64,000 nt of DNA from Trueperaceae bacterium (GCA_965213925.1 OZ243927.1:512001-576000); one strand, 5' to 3'; positions 1 through 10,423 are shown, counted from the stretch's first letter. The notes: generated from the sequence alone by a model not told the origin. Made by a program: numbers and translations.

Positions 1-174
1 TTTAGGCAACTTTGGGGAAAGCCTCGAGCCAGCAGCCTCCCTAACCTGTGCTAGATCGGAGGCTCAGAAAGCGTGCGTTGAAGAGATATACAGCGTGGAC
101 GTGCGGTGCGGCGGCGGGGTGCCGAGACGTACAAACGGTGCAGTATAACCAGTAACTTACGTTAGACTTGTCTG

Positions 175-996
175 GTGAAACGCCCCCTTGATCTCGCCCT
201 ACAAAGTGCGCTGCTCGGTACAGCGGGCTTCACCGCCGCGCGCATGGTCCAAAACGCTTACCGCTTCGAGGTCACGCACCAGCGCCGCACGCTGCGCAAG
301 TTAGAAAAGCCACTTCGCGTGGTGCAACTCAGCGACCTTCACACGGGACCTTTCATTGGCTACTCAGCCGTGCAGGAATGGGTGAACGCAGCGAACGCTC
401 AGAACCCCGACCTCACCGTCATCACAGGCGACTTTGTAGATCAGTGGTTTGGGCGCGACACGGAGAGGTTGGGAGAGGTTCTTCTGCAGTTGCGCGCGCC
501 GCTCGGCGTGTGGGGCGTGTGGGGCAACCACGACCACGCGCGCTTTGCAGATTTGCAGCGGCTCGAGTCTCCCTTGAACCGCGCCGGCATCTGCATCTTG
601 AATAATCGCGGTGTTAGGCTCAGGGGCGACCTCTATCTGGCGGGCGTAGATGACATGCAAAGAGGTACGCCCGACATCTCGCTCGCCCTTCGCAACAAAC
701 CCACTGACGCCGCTTGTCTCCTCCTCGCCCACAACCCCGACTTCATCCCGCACGTCCCGCGTGAGGTCGACCTCACGCTCTGCGGACACACCCACGGCGG
801 GCAGATTCGCTTGCCCGGCTGGGGTCCGGTCTTCACCTCGTCGGAGCACGGCCAGCGGTTCGCGTCGGGGTGGGTGGAGGAACCGGCGCGGGCGTATATC
901 TCGAGAGGTCTAGGAACCGTGATTTTCCCGGCAAGGCTCAACTGCCCGGCGGAACTAGCGGTCTTTGACCTCTCGCCTGCGCCGCGCTCATTTTGA
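175..996 (+). CDS. Calcineurin-like metallophosphoesterase (YkuE/YaeI-like)
   Basis: Motifs SDLH, TGDFVD, GNHD, LAHNPD, GHTHGGQ, SRGLG; N-terminal hydrophobic segment. Confidence 0.9.
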   Translation: MKRPLDLALQSALLGTAGFTAARMVQNAYRFEVTHQRRTLRKLEKPLRVVQLSDLHTGPFIGYSAVQEWVNAANAQNPDLTVITGDFVDQWFGRDTERLGEVLLQLRAPLGVWGVWGNHDHARFADLQRLESPLNRAGICILNNRGVRLRGDLYLAGVDDMQRGTPDISLALRNKPTDAACLLLAHNPDFIPHVPREVDLTLCGHTHGGQIRLPGWGPVFTSSEHGQRFASGWVEEPARAYISRGLGTVIFPARLNCPAELAVFDLSPAPRSF

Positions 997-1059
997 ACGC
1001 GGCGCGGATAGCAACTTGAAAGCTGGTCAGGATGTCAGCACTTTAGGCCTTCCTGATAT

Positions 1060-1271
1060 TACACCGTCAACTAAGTATTGATACCTTCTTACTGGTGTCA
1101 CCCTGAGCGCATGCGTAAGGGTCTCGTCTTCCATTCCCGGCTAGTTGGGAATGGAAGTTACAGAGTTTTGGCAGAGCCAAACGAGATTCTTCGACTCCGC
1201 TTTGCTCCGCAAGGCTTAACGCCAGACTTCGTGAACAGAATGACATGATTCATTATTTAGTTGATAGTGTA
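1060..1271. repeat. Nested repeat family A, copy 1 (outer TA-bounded IR + inner TGTCA...TGACA element 1096-1245)
   Basis: tacaccgtcaactaa (1060) / ttagttgatagtgta (1257-1271) inverted repeat; inner tgtcaccctgag...aagggtctcgtctt...gagattctt...cgtgaacagaatgaca shared with other copies. Confidence 0.8.
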
Positions 1272-1290
1272 ATACGCTGACTAGCTGAAG

Positions 1291-1314
1291 TCCAGTCAAG
1301 CTGGATGAATGATG
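1291..1314 (-). repeat. 24-bp mini-element (family C), degenerate copy
   Basis: tccagtcaagctggatgaatgatg is a near reverse complement of caccgttcgtccagcttgactgga; flanked by gctga-containing short repeats. Confidence 0.65.
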
Positions 1315-1386
1315 CTGACCAGCTTCTCCTTGTGACCTACGCGCGCACGCTGAGCACACTATCTCGAGTAAACTAAGCAGTATCTT

Positions 1387-3288
1387 ATGAACTATTTTAG
1401 CGCGAAATACGGATGGATAGGCGCGGTTTTGCTCCTTCTGAGCCTCGCCTCGGCGCATGACGAAATCACCTTCGAGGACGGCGGTATCGCGGTCAACTTG
1501 GGCGCGCCGCTCGTGCCGACGAGCGATCTCAGCTTTGACGTGGTGAGTGACGGTCCGCAAGGCGCGTGGAGGGGTCAACTCAAGCTCGTCGGGCGCGGCG
1601 AGCGCGTGCGCGCGAACGCCACGACGGACGTCTGGGTTCACGACGATTACGCCTACATCGGCACGTTTGCAAACCCTTGCGGTGACGGTGAGGTCGGCGA
1701 CGCGGGCGTGCAAGTCTTCGACGTGCGCGACCCGCAACAGATTGAGCGCGTCGGCTCGCTGCCGTCCGTTTCGGGGAGCCGCGTCAACGACGTGAAAGTG
1801 GCGGCGATGAACGGCGGCGACATCCTCGTTCACTCCAACGAACGCTGTCAGCGTGACGGCGCAGGCGGTTTCGAAATTTACAACGTGGACGACCCCTTAA
1901 ACCCCGTTCACCTCGCGCACGTGCAGACCGACACGGTCAACAAGACCTTGCAGCGAGACTCTGAGCATCAGGACGAGGGCGTGCACAACCTCTACCTCTT
2001 CTCGCGTGACGGGCGCGACTACGTCGCCGCGCAGGTCTACACCTTTATTGGGAACTTCCAGATTTTCGACATCACCGAGCCCGAAAACGCGCGACTTGTA
2101 AGTTCGTTCGGACCGGAGATGCTCGAGTTTCCCAGCGTCGATTGGGTTAACGAGACCGACGAAGACCGCTTCAACGAGGCGCGCGCTTATCTCTCGGACG
2201 GCTTCGGTCAGTCCGCCAGCCGCTACCTGCACGACCACTACATTACGGATGACGGCATGAGCGCCTATCTCGCCCACTGGGACGCGGGGCTCATCCGGCT
2301 CGACCTCGCCGATATCGCCAACCCTAAAGTCGTGAGCGTGGCACTCGAGCCCCTAAGCGAAGACGGCGAAGTCAACAGCCACTCGGTCTGGACGACGGAG
2401 GATGGCGCGACTGTAGTCGAGGGTGAAGAGGATTTCGACCCCTACAGCACGACTGTTCGAACAGAGAACAGCACCTTCATGAGCGTGGAGGGTCCGATCC
2501 TTACGCCCGTCGCGGTGCTGCCCGGCGAGACGCTTTCGGGTCCCACCATCTATGTAGGGCAGGGCTGCGAGGGGATGCCCGAAGCGACCTCCGACGACCA
2601 GCTCGCCCTCATCTTGCGCGGCGGCTGCACCTTTACCTTCAAAACGACGATGGCGCGGCAGGCGGGCTACGCGGGCGTCATCGTCTTCAACACCGAGGCG
2701 GGCGGCGACGCGCTCGTGCATATGGGGGGCGACGCGCCCACCGACATCTCTGGTGCGTTCGTGGGGCATAGCGCAGGGCTCGAGCTAGCGCAAGTTGCGT
2801 CAGTGGGTGAGCTAGAGGTTGGGATGACAGGTCAAGAGGTCACAGTAGGGACGACAGCAAGCGGTTGGAGCGGCCTGCGCATTTGGGACTACAGCGACCC
2901 GGCGAACCCTGTGTTGGCGTCTACCTTTAACACCCGCTGCAGCGCCTATCCAGATGAGGAAAGCTGCGATAGTCGAGGGATTTACTCGAGCCATAACCTC
3001 GTCATCGAAGGCGATAAAGCTTACGTCTCCTGGTACGCCGAGGGCGTGCTGGTCATCGACATCAGCGACCCCTACAACCCGGTTGAAATCGCGCGGTTTA
3101 AGGGCGCGGATGAAGCGTTTGAGGCGAACAATGGCGGTGTGCAGGACGTGTGGGGTATCCACAAGCTCCCCGGCGACCCCTTCATCTACGCCTCGGACCG
3201 CAACGGTGGGCTCTACGTCTTAGAGGACACCTCATCAGAAACGAGTAAGATGACCTCTACGGAGGTAACGAGTGAGCGACAACCCTAA
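1387..3288 (+). CDS. Secreted LVIVD-repeat (beta-propeller) protein with inserted PA domain
   Basis: Signal peptide; repeated F/LxIxDVxDPxxP units; PA motif LALILRGGCTFTFKTTMARQAGYAGVIVFN. Confidence 0.8.
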   Translation: MNYFSAKYGWIGAVLLLLSLASAHDEITFEDGGIAVNLGAPLVPTSDLSFDVVSDGPQGAWRGQLKLVGRGERVRANATTDVWVHDDYAYIGTFANPCGDGEVGDAGVQVFDVRDPQQIERVGSLPSVSGSRVNDVKVAAMNGGDILVHSNERCQRDGAGGFEIYNVDDPLNPVHLAHVQTDTVNKTLQRDSEHQDEGVHNLYLFSRDGRDYVAAQVYTFIGNFQIFDITEPENARLVSSFGPEMLEFPSVDWVNETDEDRFNEARAYLSDGFGQSASRYLHDHYITDDGMSAYLAHWDAGLIRLDLADIANPKVVSVALEPLSEDGEVNSHSVWTTEDGATVVEGEEDFDPYSTTVRTENSTFMSVEGPILTPVAVLPGETLSGPTIYVGQGCEGMPEATSDDQLALILRGGCTFTFKTTMARQAGYAGVIVFNTEAGGDALVHMGGDAPTDISGAFVGHSAGLELAQVASVGELEVGMTGQEVTVGTTASGWSGLRIWDYSDPANPVLASTFNTRCSAYPDEESCDSRGIYSSHNLVIEGDKAYVSWYAEGVLVIDISDPYNPVEIARFKGADEAFEANNGGVQDVWGIHKLPGDPFIYASDRNGGLYVLEDTSSETSKMTSTEVTSERQP

Positions 3289-3622
3289 CCCGTCCGAGCA
3301 GAGCGAGAAACTTGCCGACCACACGGATAAGACCTCGCAAGAGGTCGAGGTCACGCACGACGAAGAGAACAAGCGCTTTGAGGTACAAGTCGAGGGAAAA
3401 ACCGCCGTACTGGAATATATGAAGGTCGGCAACACGTACATCTTTACGCACACCGAAGTCCCTGAAAGCTTAGAGGGCAGGGGCATCGGCGGGGCGCTAG
3501 CGAAGGCGGGGCTCGAGTACGTCCGCGACAACGATGTGACGACCGCGCCCCTTTGCCCCTTCGTCAAGGCGTACATTCAGCGCCATCCCGAATACAAGCC
3601 GCTCGTGAAGATGGGCGGCTGA
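3272..3622 (+). CDS. Small GNAT acetyltransferase (YjdJ / Acetyltransf_CG family)
   Basis: FTHTEVPESLEGRGIGGALAKAGL and PLCPFV motifs. Confidence 0.9.
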   Translation: MSDNPNPSEQSEKLADHTDKTSQEVEVTHDEENKRFEVQVEGKTAVLEYMKVGNTYIFTHTEVPESLEGRGIGGALAKAGLEYVRDNDVTTAPLCPFVKAYIQRHPEYKPLVKMGG

Positions 3623-3628
3623 TATAGG

Positions 3629-3664
3629 CAAAAGGAAGGGCTCGCTTTACGCAAGCCCTTTTGC
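3629..3664 (+). terminator. Probable intrinsic terminator
   Basis: aagggct...agccctt stem followed by T-run just after the GNAT stop codon. Confidence 0.5.
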
Positions 3665-3937
3665 CTCTCCTAAAACACCCGACTACGCTCCCGGTGGTTC
3701 TCTTATACTAAGCGCGACCCTTCTGAGAAGATAGGTACGGCTATACCACTAACAAAAATGTGATATATTTTACGTTCTAATACCTCTACTAAAATGAGGT
3801 ACTATAATTCGCATTAAGTTACAGTTCTTACTCTTTATGTGTTATATACACAAGTGAGGGTAGTTGTTCGTTCATGAGTCCGAGTTGTGAACAGGTCACG
3901 GCGTTGCTAATCAGCGCCGACGTTTCGGAGGTTTCTC

Positions 3938-4378
3938 TTGCGCTTTGCACAACGTCTTGTACTGCGTTTTATATCGCTTAAAATCTCCGCTTCTGCCCTT
4001 ATCTTTCTCTACCTCTTCGTCACCTTTGCAGCCGTGCAAAACACATTACAAGTCACCATGACCGCCTACTCCTCTACCGAAGCCCAGACCGACGGCACGC
4101 CGACAATCACGGCGACGGGCGCAGAGGTGCGCGAAGGCATCGTCGCGGTGAGCCGCGACCTCTTAGAGACCCAACTCCCCTACGGCACGAAAGTTGAGGT
4201 CATCAATTTGCAGACCGAGGAGAACGGCTGCGGCGGCTTCGATACGGGCGTTTTAGAGGTGCAGGACACGATGAGCGCCGAGAAAACGAACCAAGTTGAC
4301 GTGTGGTTGCCGACGACGGAGCAGGCGCTCGAGTGGGGCAAGTGCGTAGCGACGCTCAGAGTTGTCTCTTACGAGTAG
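3938..4378 (+). CDS. 3D-domain (cell-wall hydrolase-like) membrane-anchored protein
   Basis: TAYSS..QTDGTPTITATG, VAVSRDL, LPYGTKV, VQDTM, VDVW motifs. Confidence 0.85.
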   Translation: MRFAQRLVLRFISLKISASALIFLYLFVTFAAVQNTLQVTMTAYSSTEAQTDGTPTITATGAEVREGIVAVSRDLLETQLPYGTKVEVINLQTEENGCGGFDTGVLEVQDTMSAEKTNQVDVWLPTTEQALEWGKCVATLRVVSYE

Positions 4379-4507
4379 AACGGTTGAACCTATTTCATCT
4401 AGGCCTCTAAATCTCACCGCAAAGTAGGAGCAATCCGTGTCCAGCAAGTGCTGAAGCGCGCTAACATACGAACTCGAAACCTCAAACTTGAGTACGGGAG
4501 CGCTTTG

Positions 4508-5335
4508 ATGTCACAACCGCAACAAATGATGATTCGTAGGGTTAAGCAGCTCTGCCAGGATGATGAACGTCTGCTCGCCGCGCTGATGTACGGCTCGTTC
4601 ACCCAGGGTGAAGGGGACGCCTTCTCCGATATCGAATTCCACCTCTTCTTCCGAAAGGATGAGCTAAGCACGCGAGACCAAGCGGTCTGGGTCTCGCAAG
4701 TCGCACCCTTATCGGTCTTCTTTACCAACGAATTCGGCACAAAGGTCGCCATCTTCGACAACCTAGTGCGCGGCGAGTTTCATTTTGAGTCCGCCGCCGA
4801 TATGAAAGAGGTGCGCGACTGGCCGATTAAGGGCGAAGCGTTGAATACGGCAAAAATGCTGATTCTAGACCGAACGGGAGAGCTTAGTGAACACCTCGAG
4901 GCGCTAAAAAACGCGGAATTGGAACGTATCTCGCCCGAACAGCTACAAACACACTGCTACACGTTCATCAACTGGTGGCTTTTAGGCTCCAACGTACTTA
5001 CGCGGGGCGAACGGGCACGGGCACTTGACGCGCTCGGTCATGTTCACCGCTCGCTGCTCCACCTCGCTAGAGCGGTTGAAGATAAAATGGACGAGCATTG
5101 GCTCACGCCGTCGAAGCGGCTCGAGTCCGACCTCTCAAACGCCGCCTACGCGCGTTTCGCGGCGTGTACAGGCGACCTCTCGTCGTTAGAGGGAGCCTAC
5201 AAAACTGCCTGGATATGGGGCAAAGGACTCATGCACACTCTGGGAGCGTCTTACGACTTCCCTTTACCCGACGCGCTTTTGCAGCGCTTAGATAAGCGCT
5301 CGGCAGCCGCATCAGCTACAAATAAAAAGGACTAG
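4508..5335 (+). CDS. Lincosamide nucleotidyltransferase, LinB/Lnu(B)/Lnu(F)-like
   Basis: DERLLAALMYGSFTQGEGDAFSDIEF, NEFGT..IFDNLVRGEFHF and RGERARAL match LinB-family signatures; likely ATG at 4508. Confidence 0.85.
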   Translation: MSQPQQMMIRRVKQLCQDDERLLAALMYGSFTQGEGDAFSDIEFHLFFRKDELSTRDQAVWVSQVAPLSVFFTNEFGTKVAIFDNLVRGEFHFESAADMKEVRDWPIKGEALNTAKMLILDRTGELSEHLEALKNAELERISPEQLQTHCYTFINWWLLGSNVLTRGERARALDALGHVHRSLLHLARAVEDKMDEHWLTPSKRLESDLSNAAYARFAACTGDLSSLEGAYKTAWIWGKGLMHTLGASYDFPLPDALLQRLDKRSAAASATNKKD

Positions 5336-5773
5336 GCGCGGCTGCCGAGCGGTGCAGATTTACGCGGCTTGCCGGAAAGCAACATTTTGTTGGGCAAGGT
5401 TAATAACGGGTAGCGGCTTTTAGGGCGCGGATACATCAAGGTTGCCGTTTCTGTTAGCTAACAGGCTGACGAGCTGAACTGCTCTTGACGTAGTTAAAGG
5501 TAAAAATCGAGTTTCAGAGAGTGATGATAAAAACCTGACTCCGTAACGGGTCCGCCAAACAAAGGCTTTGAAAATGGGTAGAATGCTGTGGCTTTGAGAG
5601 ACCGCGTAGAGCGACCGGCTTTCGGCTGTAACCGGCACGCTAACCTGCGTTCTGACTTTTAGGGTTAGTCGAGTATTCGCGCCTCGTCACGACCAACCGA
5701 CACCCACCTTCTCAGCCGCCTGCATCTTTCAGACATCAAGCTCGGACTACGTACCGACTCACGGAGAAAAGAG

Positions 5774-6595
5774 ATGAAACCAACGATATCGGTTGTCACG
5801 CCAACGTTCAACGCGGCGGCCTTCCTCCCTGCCTGCTTAGCGTCCGTTCACGCTCAGCGTAGTGAGCGCTACACCGTGGAGCATGTCGTTGTCGACGGCG
5901 GCAGTGTGGACGCCACAGTTGAGCTTGCCGAAGCTTACGGCTGTGTAGTGCTGCAGGGCAAGGATAAGGGCATCTTCGACGCGCTCAACAAGGGCAGTCA
6001 CGCTTCTTCGGGCGACCTGCTCGGCTTTCTCGGGGCGGACGACACGCTTCTTCCGGGTGCGTTAGAGCGCGTATCCACCTGGTTCGCCGCCCGGACCTCC
6101 GACTGGGTCATCGGCGGGCTCAGGTGGGCGGACGGCGACAACAGCGCCTTGGGCGACATCAGCCCGCCGCCCGCCTGGATGACCCAGAGCATCTACGCCT
6201 CGTTGGGGTGGAGCTGTGTTCACCACATGTCGACGTACATGACGCGCGACTTTTACCACCGGGTCGGCGACTTCGATATCGAGCTTAGGTACTCGTCCGA
6301 CTACGACTTCTTCGCCCGAGCGCTCGCTACAGCGCCGCCTGACCACATAGACGAGACGCTCGCGATTTTTAGGCGTCACGGGCAGAACCTCAGCATGTCG
6401 CCGGACGAGCGCGTCGCGGCTGAGAACCGCTTCGTCGCGGAGAAATTTGCGCCCGCCTCTTCGCTACAACGCTTCTTTTACCGGCAACTTTTGCGCGTTT
6501 GGCTCAACGGAACCAACCCGCGGTGGTTCGTGGGCAAGAAAGCGCCGGTGCTGCTCGAGTATTTCAGAGAAACCGATACCCCGACGCTTAGGTAG
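5774..6595 (+). CDS. Glycosyltransferase family 2 (WcaE-like)
   Basis: SVVTPTFN, VVDGGSVD, DKGIFDALNKG, LGADD, SSDYDF. Confidence 0.92.
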   Translation: MKPTISVVTPTFNAAAFLPACLASVHAQRSERYTVEHVVVDGGSVDATVELAEAYGCVVLQGKDKGIFDALNKGSHASSGDLLGFLGADDTLLPGALERVSTWFAARTSDWVIGGLRWADGDNSALGDISPPPAWMTQSIYASLGWSCVHHMSTYMTRDFYHRVGDFDIELRYSSDYDFFARALATAPPDHIDETLAIFRRHGQNLSMSPDERVAAENRFVAEKFAPASSLQRFFYRQLLRVWLNGTNPRWFVGKKAPVLLEYFRETDTPTLR

Positions 6596-6618
6596 TTCGG
6601 TGCAGTCTGTGAATAAGT

Positions 6619-7794
6619 TTAGCGGCGCACGCCCTCGTAGATAGCCATGAGCTGGCGGTAGTTCTCTTCCGCCGTGTAGTTTTCCGTGTAGTCGCGTCGC
6701 GCTTCCTTTTTCATGCTCGCTAGCTCGAGCGGATGAGACAACGCCCAAGTAACCTGCCGCGCCAAGTCGTCCGGGTCGCCGGGCTGAAAGTGCAAGCCCG
6801 TTTTGCCGTCCTGGATCATCGACGTGGCGACCCCGACCGCGGAGGCGATCACGGGCACGCCGCACGCGAGCGCTTCCGCCGCGACCAAACCAAAGGTTTC
6901 GTAGAACCCTCTGGAGGGCCACAGCAAGAAGTAGGCACCTTTGAGTAACGCGATCAGCTCTTCGTCGGACAGCCGCCCCACAAACTCGATGTCGAGCCCT
7001 TCGCGGTGAGCCGCCGCCTTTAGCTCGGGTAGAAGCTGACCCTCGCCCCGAATCTTGAGCGTCAGCGCGACCCCGCTATGCTTGAGCTGTCGCCAAGCCT
7101 GGAGCAAGGTCTGGACGCCCTTTTCCGGGTCGAGTCGCCCGATGTAAAGGGCGTACCTTGGCGTCTCGTCCGACATGCCGGGGTCGGGGTACAGGAAGTG
7201 CGGCTTGAGCGCTATTTTATCCGCCGGAAGCCCGCCCTGGATGAAGAGGCGCTTGTAGAACTCCGTAAAGACGATGTACCTGTCGACAGCCTCCGACCAG
7301 GTCCCTTTCAGCCGGTGAAACGCAGTCATGCTGGCGACGCCTAACGAGTGCACGGCGGAGTCGTGGTAACAGCGGTGCAAGACGCCGGGCCAGGCGAACC
7401 CCTTGCCGAGACAGCGCGTGCAGAGCTGACCGGAACGGTAGAAATTCGCCGAAGGGCAGAGAAGGCGCGGGTTGTGGAGCGACTGAACTACGGGCACGTT
7501 CTCAGCTTTCGATGCGTGGTAAACCGAGGGAGAGATGAGGGGGAAAGTGTTATGGACGTGGACCACGTGAGGTTTGGTGCGGCGCAAAAGGGTCCGCACC
7601 TCTTCGTAACGCTCGGCGTTCCAAATCGTCTTTTTCGCCAAGCTCACTTTAGAGAGCCGCTCCGCGTCGTCGTTATGCGCCGTGTAGCGCCAGACGGTGT
7701 GACCGTGGCGCTCTAAGAGCTTGCCTTCGGCTTCGAACACGCGGTCTTCCCCGCCGGGCTGTTGGTAGTAGTTGTGAACGAGGAGAACCTTCAC
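6619..7794 (-). CDS. Glycosyltransferase family 4
   Basis: HNYYQQPGGED, GRLDPEKG, ETFGLVAAEALACGVPVI. Confidence 0.95.
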   Translation of the reverse strand: MKVLLVHNYYQQPGGEDRVFEAEGKLLERHGHTVWRYTAHNDDAERLSKVSLAKKTIWNAERYEEVRTLLRRTKPHVVHVHNTFPLISPSVYHASKAENVPVVQSLHNPRLLCPSANFYRSGQLCTRCLGKGFAWPGVLHRCYHDSAVHSLGVASMTAFHRLKGTWSEAVDRYIVFTEFYKRLFIQGGLPADKIALKPHFLYPDPGMSDETPRYALYIGRLDPEKGVQTLLQAWRQLKHSGVALTLKIRGEGQLLPELKAAAHREGLDIEFVGRLSDEELIALLKGAYFLLWPSRGFYETFGLVAAEALACGVPVIASAVGVATSMIQDGKTGLHFQPGDPDDLARQVTWALSHPLELASMKKEARRDYTENYTAEENYRQLMAIYEGVRR

Positions 7795-9269
7795 CGCGCG
7801 CTTGCACCCACTCGTTGTTTCCGCCGCCCCGCAGGTGCGCCTCCTGCCTTAGCTTCCTGGCGCTGCTGCATCAGCACAGCGACGCCGAAGCCGAACAGAC
7901 TCCAGAAGCAGATGCCCCCTTGGGGTCCCTCGAGGTACACGTCGAACGTCGCGTTGACCATGAACGCCGTCCAGTAGGCGAGAATCCAGAGGTCGAGCCG
8001 CGCCCAGAAAAGCTGACCCGAACGGCGCGCGCGCAGGTGCGCCCTCAGTAAACTGAGTGCGAAGGCACCCTGTAAAAGGAACCACGCCGCCAACCCCGGC
8101 ACGCCGCCTCGAGCGAGAATCGTCAGGTGCGCGTTGTGGGGACTTCGCAGGGAGCCGTCCGCTTCGACCTGGTAGCCGTCGGAGTCCGCGAGGTTGACGC
8201 CGTACCCTTTGCCCGTCCAGAAGTAGTCGCCGAACAGGGTGTAGTTGACGATGTCGCCCCACCACCTCAGCCGCCAGCTCCGCGTCCCGTCGAAGTCGCC
8301 CTCGTCGGTACTCACCACGATGCTTTTGAGGGCGACGAAGATGTCGCTCGTCGAGACCGTCCGCCCGCCGACATCGACGCTCACGTTGGCAACAGATAGG
8401 GCGAGCACGAGGAGCGTGCCCATCAGGAACGGCCGCGCCCAACGGCTCGAGGGAACGAGCGCGACGACGAGCGTGATCGCCATGATTATAGACAGCAGCC
8501 CGCCGCGCGAGGTCGAGATGGTGACCGCGCCGAGCATCCAGAGCAGCCACCAGGGCCACTCCCTAGCCCAGTAACCGGTATGGGAGCGTGAAGAGGCGCG
8601 GTGCAAGCCGAGCATCAAAAAGGTCGCCGCGCCCGCTAGATGCACCGCCGTGTCCCCCGACTTAAGGAAGAGGACCGGTACGCCGCCGGGGGGCAAGGCT
8701 GGGAGAAGGTGCCCCGCGAGCTGAGACACCATCACGAGGACCGGGATCAGCAGGAGCAACCACGGCAGCCCGCGCGTATACAGCGCCACGACTTTACGCA
8801 CCCATTCAGCCTTGAGTAAAAAGGCAGCGACGACGACCGCGTAGGTGCCGTAGCCCCAGATGACGGCGTCCCTAAGCGCATCGAACTCGTAGGTGGAGAG
8901 ATAGGGAAACGTGTCGGCCGCGCCGACCACCATGAAACCGACGAGCAGCCAGATGAGCGGGGAGCGAAAAACCCGGCCGAGCCCACCCGCGAGCAGAACA
9001 GCGAGCACGCCGAGCGCAAGCACCATCTCGCCTATAAAGAGAGGCGGCACACCGACGTAGGCGAACCCTCGCCCTAACAGGGTATAGCCGACGAGACAGA
9101 ATCCTACCAAGCCGAGGACGAGTTGGGGCAACCTCGGGCGAAGGTAGAGCGCGCTCGTCAAGACGAAAAAGGCGGCGGAAGCGCTCGCCGCGAGCATGGG
9201 ATTCCATAGCGCGACGACGGTAACGGGTAACACCAGACTATATAGAAGTCCTTGCTTCACTGTGCCCAT
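7791..9269 (-). CDS. O-antigen ligase / Wzy polymerase-family membrane protein
   Basis: Many TM helices, SRGG motif, large loop, GKGYG and RSPHNAHLTILARGG (Wzy_C). Confidence 0.85.
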   Translation of the reverse strand: MGTVKQGLLYSLVLPVTVVALWNPMLAASASAAFFVLTSALYLRPRLPQLVLGLVGFCLVGYTLLGRGFAYVGVPPLFIGEMVLALGVLAVLLAGGLGRVFRSPLIWLLVGFMVVGAADTFPYLSTYEFDALRDAVIWGYGTYAVVVAAFLLKAEWVRKVVALYTRGLPWLLLLIPVLVMVSQLAGHLLPALPPGGVPVLFLKSGDTAVHLAGAATFLMLGLHRASSRSHTGYWAREWPWWLLWMLGAVTISTSRGGLLSIIMAITLVVALVPSSRWARPFLMGTLLVLALSVANVSVDVGGRTVSTSDIFVALKSIVVSTDEGDFDGTRSWRLRWWGDIVNYTLFGDYFWTGKGYGVNLADSDGYQVEADGSLRSPHNAHLTILARGGVPGLAAWFLLQGAFALSLLRAHLRARRSGQLFWARLDLWILAYWTAFMVNATFDVYLEGPQGGICFWSLFGFGVAVLMQQRQEAKAGGAPAGRRKQRVGASAR

Positions 9270-9319
9270 TATGACCGACCTCTCGTCAGCATAGATGCGT
9301 CAACGCTCTCTATTCTTAG

Positions 9320-9576
9320 TACACCATCAAGTAGAAACTGAGTTATGTCATTCTGAACGTAGTGAAGAATCTCTACATTCGCTTTCTCCTCCTGAGCATG
9401 CGAATCACGAAGTTTAGGCGTAGCCAAGTACGAAGTTTTGGCGTAGCCAAACGAGACCCGTAGGCGTTGCGAGGTTTAACGCGCCACTTCAAATCGCGTT
9501 GCCCCCACTAGTCCACCGGCGACTGCGTGAACGAGGTGACAGGTAAGAGGTTACGTAGCGGTCGATGAACAGCGTA
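9320..9576. repeat. Nested repeat family A, copy 2 (inner 9346-9541)
   Basis: tacaccatcaagtag; tgtcattctgaacgtagtgaagaatctct...gagacccg...cgtgaacgaggtgaca; right outer end degenerate. Confidence 0.75.
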
Positions 9577-9577
9577 C

Positions 9578-10204
9578 TCAGTTCCCCTTGACGCGTGGGC
9601 GTTTGATGGTTTCTAAATAGGGGTAGCGCTCCAGCATCTGCCAGTAACTCTGAAAGAGGTCAACGGCCTCCTCATCGCTGCGGGGCAGCGCGCCGATGCG
9701 AAAGTACGACACGTGCCCGTTCGGGAAACAGAAGGTCGGCGTGCCGAAGATATCCAACGCGGCGGCGCGGTGATGTTCGTGCGCCAGGGTCGTGCGGCAT
9801 TCGGGGTCGGAGAGGTCGTTCTCGAACTTAGGGACGTGTAACCCTACTTTCCCGGCAACCTCTTTAAGTGTCGAGAGCGTATAGGGTTTGTGCTCGCGGT
9901 AACGCGCGCGCATCAGCGCCATGCGAAACTGGCTATGCAGCTCTTTTCCTTGCCGACGCGCGGCGCAAGACGCCAGAAAGGGCAAGAGACCCTTGCTGCC
10001 GTTGTCACTCTCGGGCTCGATGCGGTCGTTCCAGAGTTGCCAACCGTTGCCGCCCCCGTTCTCACCCCTGTAGTTGCTCTGATAGAGGCTAAAGTGCCGC
10101 CACTCAAAGCTCAGCTCGAGCTCGCGCTCGACGACATGCGCGACTTCCGCGCCGCGCCAGGCAAAGGGACAGAGATAATCGAAGTAGACAACCACATCAG
10201 ACAT
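9578..10204 (-). CDS. DsbA/FrnE-like thioredoxin-fold protein
   Basis: VYFDYLCPFAW (single Cys) and IFGTPTF cis-Pro motif; start at ATG 10204. Confidence 0.85.
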   Translation of the reverse strand: MSDVVVYFDYLCPFAWRGAEVAHVVERELELSFEWRHFSLYQSNYRGENGGGNGWQLWNDRIEPESDNGSKGLLPFLASCAARRQGKELHSQFRMALMRARYREHKPYTLSTLKEVAGKVGLHVPKFENDLSDPECRTTLAHEHHRAAALDIFGTPTFCFPNGHVSYFRIGALPRSDEEAVDLFQSYWQMLERYPYLETIKRPRVKGN

Positions 10205-10423
10205 AGCTTTATTAAAGCTTGCTAAGAGGCTGATGCGGGTAAGCCGAATAACAGCGGCGCGTTCGGCGGCGTTAGGGGAAGGCGGCGTCCCTCGAATATC
10301 GCTACCCCAGCCGCCAGTGCTCAGAAGGCTCACTTGTTGACTCTACCTCAAAAAAACTGAATACCTCCCGTTCGGCTTGAACGCACTTCATCTATGGCAT
10401 ATTGGAGGATGGAGGCTTCACTC

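Noticed and set aside
3665..3937. c-di-AMP (ydaO) riboswitch or RDRM/DdrO box upstream of the 3D-domain gene
   Set aside because: Conserved ydaO segments not found; ttacgttctaatacct matches only half of the RDRM palindrome
5336..5773. Possible ncRNA or IS remnant upstream of the first GT2
   Set aside because: No convincing long stems, terminal repeats or transposase fragment seen by eye
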